Assembly (NCBI GenBank): GCA_009692115.1
Contig: SHZU01000003.1
Coordinates: 35,079-99,078, forward strand
From: Gemmatimonadota bacterium
GTDB lineage: Bacteria > Gemmatimonadota > Gemmatimonadetes > Gemmatimonadales > GWC2-71-9
DNA length: 64,000 nucleotides
Reading direction: 5' to 3'
Shown: piece after piece, positions 47,173 to 55,219 of the stretch
Position numbering within the stretch: the first letter of the stretch is position 1
How the letters are laid out: the number at the start of each line of letters is the position of its first letter
The notes under the pieces: model-generated
Databases searched by the model: none
The model's input: only the letters and a program-made list of their open reading frames with translations
Told to the model about the DNA's origin: nothing
Translations under genes and position numbers: made by a program

Positions 47173-48393
47173 ATGGACGACACTCTGTATTTTTCCGAGC
47201 ACCATCAGCAGGTGCGCGAAATGGTCCGCGATTTCGCCAAGACCCATGTCGCGCCGGTGGCCCGCGATCTCGACCGCACCTCGACCTTCCCCTGGCAGAA
47301 CATCAAGAAGATGGGGGAACTCGGCCTCCTCGGCGTTCCTTGGCCGGAGAATATTGGCGGCGCCGGCATGGATCAGATCTCCTACTACATCACGATCCAC
47401 GAGATGGCCAAGGTTGACGCCTCCCACGGTCTGACCATCAGCGCCCATACCAATCTCGGCACCTCCCCGATCGTTGAGTTCGGGACCGAGGCCCAGCGCG
47501 GGCGCTACGTGCCGCTGCTCGCGTCCGGCGCCGTCATGGGCGGGTTCGGATTGACCGAACCGGGCGCCGGTAGCGATGCCGGGGGAACCGCGACCACCGC
47601 TGTGGACAAAGGCGACCACTTCCTGCTCAACGGCTCCAAGATCTTCATTACCCATGCGGGCGTCGGGGAGATCTTCTCCGTGACCGCCCGTACCGATCCG
47701 GGGACCGGACATCGTGGCATTACCAGCTTCATCGTGACCAAAGACACGGTCGATCTCGAGCTCTGCCGGACGCTGGGCGTCGGCCACGCCCCCGAGTTGC
47801 CCAAGATTGCGGGGGTCAACGCCGGCAAAAAGGAAGACAAGATGGGCTGGCGGGCCAGCGATACCCGCGAACTCCATTTTGACAATGCCGTCGTTCCCAA
47901 AGAAAACATGCTGGGCCCCCGGGGCGCCGGCTTCGTCAATTTCCTGAAGACCCTCGACGCCGGCCGGATCGGGATCGCCGCGCTGTCGTTGGGGATCGCT
48001 GAGGGAGCCTACGAGGCCGCCCGCCAGTACGCCGGAACCCGGAAGCAGTTTGGTCGATACATCGGGAGTTTCCAGGGCATCAGCTTCAAGCTGGCTGATA
48101 TGGCCATGGGTATCGAAGCCGGAACCCACTTGCTGTATACGGCGGCCCGGCTGAAGCAGGCTGGAAGGCCGTTCAAAACCGAGGCGGCCATGGCGAAGCT
48201 CTTCTGCTCGGAACTCGCCATGAAGACCACCACCGAGGCCGTCCAGATATTCGGGGGCTACGGCTACATGGCTGATTACCCGGTCGAGCGGATGATGCGG
48301 GACGCGAAAGTCTGCGAGATCGGCGAGGGCACCAGCGAAATTCAGCGCCTCGTCATCGCCCGCCAGATCCTGGGCCGGGTGGTCGACGGCTGA
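47173..48393 (+). CDS. acyl-CoA dehydrogenase (short/branched-chain type)
   Basis: Trimmed to ATG 47173. Motifs GGFGLTEPGAGSD and CEIGEGTSEIQRLVIAR. 406 aa. Confidence 0.88.
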   Translation: MDDTLYFSEHHQQVREMVRDFAKTHVAPVARDLDRTSTFPWQNIKKMGELGLLGVPWPENIGGAGMDQISYYITIHEMAKVDASHGLTISAHTNLGTSPIVEFGTEAQRGRYVPLLASGAVMGGFGLTEPGAGSDAGGTATTAVDKGDHFLLNGSKIFITHAGVGEIFSVTARTDPGTGHRGITSFIVTKDTVDLELCRTLGVGHAPELPKIAGVNAGKKEDKMGWRASDTRELHFDNAVVPKENMLGPRGAGFVNFLKTLDAGRIGIAALSLGIAEGAYEAARQYAGTRKQFGRYIGSFQGISFKLADMAMGIEAGTHLLYTAARLKQAGRPFKTEAAMAKLFCSELAMKTTTEAVQIFGGYGYMADYPVERMMRDAKVCEIGEGTSEIQRLVIARQILGRVVDG

Positions 48394-48841
48394 CCGGAAT
48401 CGGGGGATCGGGCCGGACGCCTCCCCCTAAACTGCTTTCCGGCATATCTTTACCCAATGCGACCTATCCAGACCCTCCTGTCTTGGAACCCGGCGAGCCT
48501 CAAGCTCGGACTCGGCCGGGTCGTCGCCCAATGGATCAGTTTGCTGTGTCGTCCCTTCCGCCGGCACACCCAGGGCCGCTCGATCGTTAGCCTCAAGGCA
48601 TCGCCATCCCACCATTGGTCGCAAGGTCTTCGGGCCGGCGTCGGGCTCACGGTCCCGGCTTCGGTCCGACTCCGGTTGCGGCCGGTCGGCGAGCAGAAGC
48701 TACCGCGGCGCTCGGGGGCAGGCGGAGGACTCCCTCGGCTTCGGACCATGGTCGGTCCGGCCACCCACCGTATGCGCGTCGTGACGTCGCCCCGGGCCGT
48801 GGTCCGGCCAGGCGAGGTGACGCCGGCGAAGGAAGTCTTTC

Positions 48842-50485
48842 GTGAAGCGCGAGATTCTCATCACCAGTGGCCCCCGGGAAACCCGGGTAGCCATCCTCGA
48901 GGACGACCGGTTGGCCGAACTCATGGTCGACCGGCCCGATCACCGTCGGATCGTGGGCGACATCTACCTCGGCCGGGTCGATGCCGTTCTGCCGGGGCTC
49001 CAAGCGGCGTTCGTCGATATTGGCTTGGAGAAGAGCGCCTTTCTCCACGTGTCGGATCTGTTGGAGCCGGACGAGGACGACGAGCCGAACGATAAGGACG
49101 AGGACGAGGTTCCTGATCCTGATGAGGCCGAGTCGGCCGCGGAGGAGGAGGAGGCGGCTTCCAACGGGACCAGTCGGCGGGGCGGCCGCCAGGCGGTTGC
49201 GGAACCTCGGCAGCGGGAGGTCTCCGGACGCCGGGCCCTGCCGGACATCGGCGAGATCTTGAAGAAGGGGCAGACCCTTCCGGTCCAAGTCACCAAAGAA
49301 CCGATCAGCACCAAGGGCTCCCGGGTCACCGCCCAGATTTCACTGCCGGGCCGGTTCTTGGTGTACATGCCGTACGCCTCGCGCGTCGGGGTGAGCCGGA
49401 AGATCGAGAGCCGGGAGCAACGCGCCCGACTCCGCGAGATGGTCACTCGGCTGCTGCCGGAAGACGCCGGCGGGATGATCATCCGAACCGTGGCGGAAGG
49501 CGTAACCGAGGACCACTTCCAGCGGGAGGTCGAGTCGCTCCTCGCGCAGTGGAAGAAGATCAAGCGGAAACAGTTCTATGTCCGGCGGGCTCCGGCGTTG
49601 CTGCAGCGGGAAGCGTCGCTGACCCGCGGGCTGATCCGTGACGTCTTCTCCGACAAAGTCGACGCCCTCTGGGTCGACTCGGAGGAGGTCCATTCGGAGG
49701 TAGAGCAGTATCTCGAGCAGGTCGATCCGGACCTCAAGGGCCGCGCCCACCTCTACACCGAGGCGATTCCCCTGTTCGACAAGTTCGGGATCGAAGCGGA
49801 GATCAAGTCTCTCTTCAAGCCCCGAGTCGAACTGCCGACCGGCGGATCGCTGGTGATTCAGCCGACCGAAGCCCTGGTGTCGATCGACGTCAACACCGGC
49901 CGCTATACCGGGAAGAAGGACCCGGAACGGACGATCCTCAAGACCAACCTCGAAGCCGCCCGCGAAATCGCCCGGCAGCTCCGGTTGCGCGATCTTGGCG
50001 GGATCATCGTGTGCGATTTCATCGACATGGAGACCAAGGGCAACCGGGACCGGGTCCTCCAGGAACTCCGGGGCCATTTGGTTCGCGACCGAGCCCGGAC
50101 CAAGGCGCTGGCCGTCTCGGACCTCGGGCTGGTGGAAATGACCCGGCAGCGGGTCCGGCCGTCCCTCTGGGCCTCGATGACCACCGAGTGTCTGCTCTGC
50201 CATGGGACGGGCCGAGTCTTTACTCCCGAGGTCGTGGCCCGCCGCATTGAACGGTCGCTTCGCCGGTGCGCCCTGGAGCGTCGGGAAAAGATCGTCTGTG
50301 TTCGGATGCACCCGGAAGTGGCTCTGTACCTCAAGGAAGAAGAGCCGAAACTGATGGTGGCGGTCGAAAAAGCCACCAGTCTTACCATCGAGCTCCGGGA
50401 CGATCCGACGATGCATCAGGACGAGTTCCGGCTGATGTCCAGGCCTGGCGGCAGGGATATTACCGAGCTCTACGCGGTGGCTTAA
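48842..50485 (+). CDS. rng: ribonuclease G / RNase E-G family endoribonuclease
   Basis: GTG start. S1 domain ([21 protein letters not shown]) and DNase-I-like/Zn-link region (DFIDM...CxxCxG). A roughly 60-aa acidic insertion lies at about 49061-49240. Confidence 0.85.
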   Translation: MKREILITSGPRETRVAILEDDRLAELMVDRPDHRRIVGDIYLGRVDAVLPGLQAAFVDIGLEKSAFLHVSDLLEPDEDDEPNDKDEDEVPDPDEAESAAEEEEAASNGTSRRGGRQAVAEPRQREVSGRRALPDIGEILKKGQTLPVQVTKEPISTKGSRVTAQISLPGRFLVYMPYASRVGVSRKIESREQRARLREMVTRLLPEDAGGMIIRTVAEGVTEDHFQREVESLLAQWKKIKRKQFYVRRAPALLQREASLTRGLIRDVFSDKVDALWVDSEEVHSEVEQYLEQVDPDLKGRAHLYTEAIPLFDKFGIEAEIKSLFKPRVELPTGGSLVIQPTEALVSIDVNTGRYTGKKDPERTILKTNLEAAREIARQLRLRDLGGIIVCDFIDMETKGNRDRVLQELRGHLVRDRARTKALAVSDLGLVEMTRQRVRPSLWASMTTECLLCHGTGRVFTPEVVARRIERSLRRCALERREKIVCVRMHPEVALYLKEEEPKLMVAVEKATSLTIELRDDPTMHQDEFRLMSRPGGRDITELYAVA

Positions 50486-50493
50486 CCGGGCTC

Positions 50494-50522
50494 TTGCCCT
50501 ATCCCGTTCTGCTGCTTATCAT
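50494..50522 (+). promoter_or_regulatory. candidate sigma70 promoter of rplU-rpmA
   Basis: TTGCCC (50494-50499), 17 nt spacer, TATCAT (50517-50522), about 30 nt upstream of the rplU ATG. Confidence 0.3.
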
Positions 50523-50553
50523 TACGGGCTTTCTCAAAACCCTGGAATCAGTG

Positions 50554-50871
50554 ATGTACGCGATTTTTCGCTCCAAAGGTCAGCAGTACAAAGTCCAGCA
50601 AGGGGAGACCGTTCGGTTACCCTTGATGGACGAGGCCGAGCCCGGAGCCAAGTTGACATTCAGTGAAGTTCTTCTCACCTCAGATGGCAGCACCATCCAG
50701 GCTGGGCAGCCCTTTGTCCCCAACGCGGCCGTCGAAGCCGAAGTGATCGGCGAGGCGAAGGGCGATAAGCTCTACGTCTTCAAGTTCAAGCGGCGGAAGA
50801 ACTACCGTCGCAAGACCGGTCATCGGCAGAAGTACACCGACGTCCGCATTACCGCCGTGAAGGTAGGCTGA
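50554..50871 (+). CDS. rplU: 50S ribosomal protein L21
   Basis: [20 protein letters not shown]... KTGHRQKYT. 105 aa. Confidence 0.95.
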   Translation: MYAIFRSKGQQYKVQQGETVRLPLMDEAEPGAKLTFSEVLLTSDGSTIQAGQPFVPNAAVEAEVIGEAKGDKLYVFKFKRRKNYRRKTGHRQKYTDVRITAVKVG

Positions 50872-50872
50872 T

Positions 50873-51124
50873 ATGGCTCACAAGAAGGGTGTCGGCTCGT
50901 CCAAGAACGGCCGGACCAGCAATCCCCAGTACCTTGGCGTCAAGCGGTACGGCGGCGAACAGGTGATCGCGGGCAACATCATCGTTCGCCAGCGGGGAAC
51001 CAAGTTTCACCCCGGCCGAAACGTCAAGCGGGCCAATGACGACACCCTCTTCGCGCTGATCGACGGCAGGGTCACGTTCGAGTGGAAATCGAAGGGCAAG
51101 CAGAAGATCTCCGTCTACCCTTAG
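50873..51124 (+). CDS. rpmA: 50S ribosomal protein L27
   Basis: [28 protein letters not shown]...[10 protein letters not shown]. 83 aa. Confidence 0.95.
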   Translation: MAHKKGVGSSKNGRTSNPQYLGVKRYGGEQVIAGNIIVRQRGTKFHPGRNVKRANDDTLFALIDGRVTFEWKSKGKQKISVYP

Positions 51125-51150
51125 GGGCGGATCGAAAGGCTGGGGTCAAT

Positions 51151-51180
51151 AAGGGCGCTGATGAGGCGCCCTTCGTCATT
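51151..51180 (+). terminator. hairpin after rpmA
   Basis: AAGGGCGC-tgatgag-GCGCCCTT, followed by a weak T-containing tail (CGTCATT). Confidence 0.4.
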
Positions 51181-51251
51181 CTGAAACCTGGATCGGCAAT
51201 TCGACGTTAAGCTCGCCACCCCCTGTTTCCATTTCCCGAGGAGGATCTGCG

Positions 51252-51593
51252 ATGGCCACAGTGTTTGATCGTTTTCGAGATGAGCTCGACCAGTTCGGTG
51301 ATCGCCTCAAAGAAGCCGTCGAGTCGAGCAAGTTGCATCTCGAACGCTCGAGTTTGATCGGCGTTCGAAGCAAGATCGCCTACAAGTTGGGGATGGCCGT
51401 CTACAAGAAGGAACGGGGCGGCGAGGCCAACCAAGGGCAGGTCGACGCGCTCTTTGCCCAGATGGACGATGTCACCGCCAAGATTGCCGGTATTGACCGC
51501 GAGCTCGACGGGCTCGACGGCGAAACGGTGCGGGTCGACGAGAAGCCGGCCCCCCCGGCCGACCCGGCCGAAGCCGAAGTGGCCAAGCCCTAG
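51252..51593 (+). CDS. small coiled-coil-like hypothetical protein (113 aa)
   Basis: Strong RBS GAGGAGG 7 nt upstream of the ATG. Charged helical sequence with a Pro/Ala-rich tail and no motif I recognise. Flanked by hairpins on both sides. Confidence 0.6.
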   Translation: MATVFDRFRDELDQFGDRLKEAVESSKLHLERSSLIGVRSKIAYKLGMAVYKKERGGEANQGQVDALFAQMDDVTAKIAGIDRELDGLDGETVRVDEKPAPPADPAEAEVAKP

Positions 51594-51613
51594 CCGGTCC
51601 AGCATCCCACCAA

Positions 51614-51646
51614 GCGACAGCCCGCTGCCAATCCACGGGCTGTCGC
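51614..51646. terminator. bidirectional hairpin between convergent genes
   Basis: Perfect 11-bp stem GCGACAGCCCG / CGGGCTGTCGC with an 11-nt loop. Confidence 0.5.
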
Positions 51647-51665
51647 GCGTTCGGCGAACCCGGGT

Positions 51666-52910
51666 CTATCGAACCGGCGGCAGCGTTCGATACCGGTCCC
51701 GCAACTCGTGCTCCCGAGTTCGGAGTGAGGTATCCTGGCCTCGAACAAACACCCGCTCCGCCACGCTCGAAAACTCAAACGGATCGCCCGACCACACCAC
51801 CACGTTCGCCACCTGACCGGCCGCCAGCGATCCATACTGAGTCAGTCCGAACGCTTCGGCCGGCCACGTGGTGACCATCCTGAGGGCGTCGTCCCATTTC
51901 ACCCCATTGCGGACCGCGTTGCCGGCGGCATACCGCAAGCTCCGCTCTCCCCCGGCGTCGCCTTGCGCGATGACCACTTTGACGCCGGCCTCCCGGAGCA
52001 AGGTCACGTTGTCGAGTCGGGCCCCGAGGCCGTCAAAACTCGGAATGTCCCGGTTGGGCTCCATGATCACGGGGACCCCGGCGGCGGCGATGGCCGGGGC
52101 CACCTGCCAGCCTTCAATGGCCCCGGACAAGATGAGCTTGAGGCGGTATTCGCGGCCGAGCTTTAGGGCGTTGGTGATGTCGATCCGCCGGTTGGCCGTG
52201 ATCACGACCGGCATGGTGCCCCGGAGCGCCGGCAACAGGGCCTCGAGCTCGGCAGCCGGGGCGCTGAACGCCTGGGTGGCGCGTCGCTTGTACTCGAGCC
52301 GGCGCCGGTCGTACTCGATGGCGTCGGCAAACAGACGCTTGAGTCGGGCAATCGTGCCAGCCCGGGCCCCCCCTCCCGCGCTTTTGCTTCCATCACTCAG
52401 GTCGATCAACAGCGCCGCCGGCGACCGGACGATCATCTGGCCCACCGTTTCACCGGCAAAATCAACAACCACGGCCGTGCCCGGAATGAACGACCCATCC
52501 GGCGTGTAGACGCCGGTTGTGACACCGCCCGTCCGGGCCACGGCGATCGAGAAGGCCGCCGGGTCGATGCCGTCGGTCAGATTAAATGACGGATTGACCT
52601 CGCCGCTTACCGAACGCTCGCCATAGCCACCGAGTCCCGCGACGCCGGTTCCCGCATTCGCCCCGGCATGGATCAGCCCGGGTGTGACCCACTTGCCGGT
52701 GGCATCAACGATGGTCGCTCCAGCCGGGACGGTCACGTTCGGCCCCACTGCGGTGATCTTGCCGTTGACGATCACGACCGTGCCGCGCTCGATCTTGGGG
52801 CCGGCTCCTGGAAAAACGGTCCCGCCGGTGATGGCGATCGGCTGGGCCGCCACCGGCGCCACGATGGCGCGGGCCGCCATCATCACCCCTAACATCCATC
52901 GGTTGTTCAT
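51666..52910 (-). CDS. amidohydrolase-superfamily protein with degenerate metal-binding motifs
   Basis: Signal peptide. The fold-level pattern parallels the upstream paralog (GKWVTPGLI...). The HxH position reads H-A-G-A-N, and later His/Asp ligand positions are Ser/Gly/Ala. Confidence 0.72.
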   Translation of the reverse strand: MNNRWMLGVMMAARAIVAPVAAQPIAITGGTVFPGAGPKIERGTVVIVNGKITAVGPNVTVPAGATIVDATGKWVTPGLIHAGANAGTGVAGLGGYGERSVSGEVNPSFNLTDGIDPAAFSIAVARTGGVTTGVYTPDGSFIPGTAVVVDFAGETVGQMIVRSPAALLIDLSDGSKSAGGGARAGTIARLKRLFADAIEYDRRRLEYKRRATQAFSAPAAELEALLPALRGTMPVVITANRRIDITNALKLGREYRLKLILSGAIEGWQVAPAIAAAGVPVIMEPNRDIPSFDGLGARLDNVTLLREAGVKVVIAQGDAGGERSLRYAAGNAVRNGVKWDDALRMVTTWPAEAFGLTQYGSLAAGQVANVVVWSGDPFEFSSVAERVFVRGQDTSLRTREHELRDRYRTLPPVR

Positions 52911-54304
52911 CGTCCCACCCCCGGTTCGGTCTGGCCCAAGTTGAAGTCGGTTTTGTACTGGCGGGTCTTGTCGAGGCGGTCAAACACCAGCCAGCCTTCG
53001 TTCCAGACCTTTTCGGCTTTCGAGTACACCGAGAACGGGTCGCCGGACCAGAGCACTACGTCGGCCATCTTGCCGGGCTCCAGGGTGCCGGTGAGCTGAT
53101 CGATCCCCAAGGTCCAGGCCGGGTTCGCGGTCACCCATCGAATCGCCTGGTCTCGGGTAACCGGAATCCCGGCGCGGTTCCCCGCGTACATCGCTTTTGC
53201 CGCATCTTGGTTCATGCGCTGAATCCCATCGGGGCTGTCGGTGTGGAGCACGCCCCGGGCCCCGGCGGCGGTCACCATCGCCAAGTTCTCGAGGATCTGG
53301 TCGTAGGCCTCCATCTTGAAACCGCCCCAGTCCGACCAAATCGACGCGGCCGTGCCCGCTTTGGCGAGCAGGTCGGCCACTTTGTAGGCCTCGATGCCAT
53401 GGTGAAACGACCGGATCTTGAAGCCGAACTCCTGGGCCAAGTCGAGCATTTGGACCATTTCGTCCGCCCGGTAGCAGTGGTTCTGCACGAAGATCTCGCC
53501 CCGAAGCACGCCGGCGAGGGTCTCGAGCTTGAGGTCCCGGGTCGGCGGATCGCCCTTCCGGTCCTTGAGCCACTTGTCCCATCGCTGCCGGTATTGCTCC
53601 GCTTGGATGTATCCCGCCCGATAGCCGGCCATGTTGCCCATGGCGGTCGAGGGGCCCCGGCTTTGATACACTCGTTTCGGGTTCTCGCCGCAGGCCATTT
53701 TGAGACCGTACGGCGCGCCCGGGAATTTCATTTCTTGGACGGCCCGGGCGGGAACCAGCCGCACCACCACAGAACGACCGCCGAACAGGTTGGCCGAGCC
53801 GGGCAGGATTTGCGCGGTGGTCACGCCGCCGGCCACCGCGAGCGGGATCTGGGGATCGTGCGGCCAAAAGGAATGCTCGGCCCACACCTCGGCGGTGTTC
53901 GGGCTGGTGGCCTCGTTCCCGTCGGACTGCGCCGGGGCCCCTGGGGCAGGATACACCCCGATGTGGCTATGGGTGTCGATGAAACCGGGCGTCACGAATT
54001 TCCCGGTCCCATCGACGACGACGGTTCCAGGCGGCGGGGTCGAGACGTCGCCGACCGCTACGATCTTGCCATCCTGCAACAGAATCGAAGCGCCTCGGAG
54101 TTCCGATCCGGTGGCCGTCATGACCGTGGCATTCCGGATCACGACCGCGGGATTCGCCCGCCGCCGATAGGTCGACGGGAATTGCGGCCGATCGATACTC
54201 AAGGTGTCCTTAAATCGATCGTCCGCTTGCTCTGCAACCGCAGCCGCGGCGACCCCCGCTTCCATCGAACCGACCAACCAGAGTCTCCAAATTCCCCGCA
54301 TCAT
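52907..54304 (-). CDS. amidohydrolase-superfamily metallohydrolase (canonical)
   Basis: Trimmed to ATG 54304, which gives a signal peptide. Motifs GKFVTPGFIDTHSHIG (HxH), SFHHG and VLHTDSP. ATGA overlap with the downstream paralog. Confidence 0.8.
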   Translation of the reverse strand: MMRGIWRLWLVGSMEAGVAAAAVAEQADDRFKDTLSIDRPQFPSTYRRRANPAVVIRNATVMTATGSELRGASILLQDGKIVAVGDVSTPPPGTVVVDGTGKFVTPGFIDTHSHIGVYPAPGAPAQSDGNEATSPNTAEVWAEHSFWPHDPQIPLAVAGGVTTAQILPGSANLFGGRSVVVRLVPARAVQEMKFPGAPYGLKMACGENPKRVYQSRGPSTAMGNMAGYRAGYIQAEQYRQRWDKWLKDRKGDPPTRDLKLETLAGVLRGEIFVQNHCYRADEMVQMLDLAQEFGFKIRSFHHGIEAYKVADLLAKAGTAASIWSDWGGFKMEAYDQILENLAMVTAAGARGVLHTDSPDGIQRMNQDAAKAMYAGNRAGIPVTRDQAIRWVTANPAWTLGIDQLTGTLEPGKMADVVLWSGDPFSVYSKAEKVWNEGWLVFDRLDKTRQYKTDFNLGQTEPGVGR

Positions 54305-54336
54305 TTCCCCAAGCCTTTCTGATGGATGACTTCGGA

Positions 54337-55077
54337 CTACGGCTTTGTGCTGAGAACGACCTCGACTGGTGTATCGGTGATCCCGATTTTCACCAGCCGG
54401 AACGGCGGTTGCGCGGTGATCCAGAAGACCGCCGGCTGCCACCCGCCTGACCACTCCACCCGAAATGCCTCGATGGCACCGCCCCGGATCTCGACCGATT
54501 CCGTACCCAGGCCTCGGAGCGTGGTAACCCGGGCCTCGTTCTGCCCGCCGCTGAAGGTCAGAAACGACCATGTCGCGTTCGGCGTCCAGGGGAGGCCCGG
54601 CAACAAGCCCTGGATCGCGTTGTCATCGACCGGATTGGACCCGAGAGTAGTGTCGACCGGCACGGTCCTGGTGCCCTCGGGCGAGCCGGCGGTTGCCTGA
54701 CCGCTCACCCGGGGGCCCTGGTAATCGAGTTCGACCGTCGTCGGCTGACTTTGGTTGGTGCCTTGCTGGCGAACCCGAAGCATGGCTCCCGCGTCGGAAA
54801 TGTCAACGATGGTCCTCTGCTCCACGAGGCCCGCAATGCTGCTCTCTTCGGTCAGGCGCTTCCCGGTCGGGGTGTCCTCAACAACCGTTCGGGTCCACCC
54901 GAGTTGAATTCCCTTGACCAGGACCGCGAAGCTATCCGACCGCGGCACCAGCAAAGTCATGTCGAGGGGCAGGGCCGAGGCGGCCGCCGAAGGCGGCGAT
55001 TTGGCGATCGCTTGCCCGGAGGCGGGCCGCGGGCCAAGAACGAAGATCAGGAGCATCGAGGCGGTGGGGCGGATCAT
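54337..55077 (-). CDS. secreted hypothetical protein (beta-rich)
   Basis: Trimmed to ATG 55077, which gives a signal peptide (MIRPTASMLLIFVLGPRPASG). No recognisable motif. First gene of the three-gene minus-strand unit. Confidence 0.5.
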   Translation of the reverse strand: MIRPTASMLLIFVLGPRPASGQAIAKSPPSAAASALPLDMTLLVPRSDSFAVLVKGIQLGWTRTVVEDTPTGKRLTEESSIAGLVEQRTIVDISDAGAMLRVRQQGTNQSQPTTVELDYQGPRVSGQATAGSPEGTRTVPVDTTLGSNPVDDNAIQGLLPGLPWTPNATWSFLTFSGGQNEARVTTLRGLGTESVEIRGGAIEAFRVEWSGGWQPAVFWITAQPPFRLVKIGITDTPVEVVLSTKP

Positions 55078-55152
55078 CGCGGGGAATCTAGCGAGACCAC
55101 GGCCTAACCCGCGAGCGCGATGATAACGCCATGCGGAATACGCGGTTATCCT

Positions 55153-55180
55153 TGAAACCAACCGCTCCGCCGATCGGGTA
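55153..55180 (+). promoter_or_regulatory. ECF-type promoter candidate upstream of the sigma factor gene
   Basis: TGAAAC (55153-55158), 16 nt spacer, CGGGTA (55175-55180), 39 nt upstream of the ATG. It resembles the TGAAAC-N16-CGTA class of ECF promoters. Confidence 0.3.
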
Positions 55181-55219
55181 CTTAACGCGGGCACCGCCGT
55201 TGCGTCAGATGGGCAGCCA

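Noticed and set aside
48394-48841. Possible RNase P RNA, SRP RNA or cobalamin riboswitch in the long gap before rng.
   Set aside because: None of the universal cores is present on either strand (GGAAAGUCCGG / GGUAAGAGC / ACAGAANNCGGCUUA for RNase P, GGAAGCAGCC for SRP, GCCACUG for the B12 box). The region is kept only as an unexplained structured leader.
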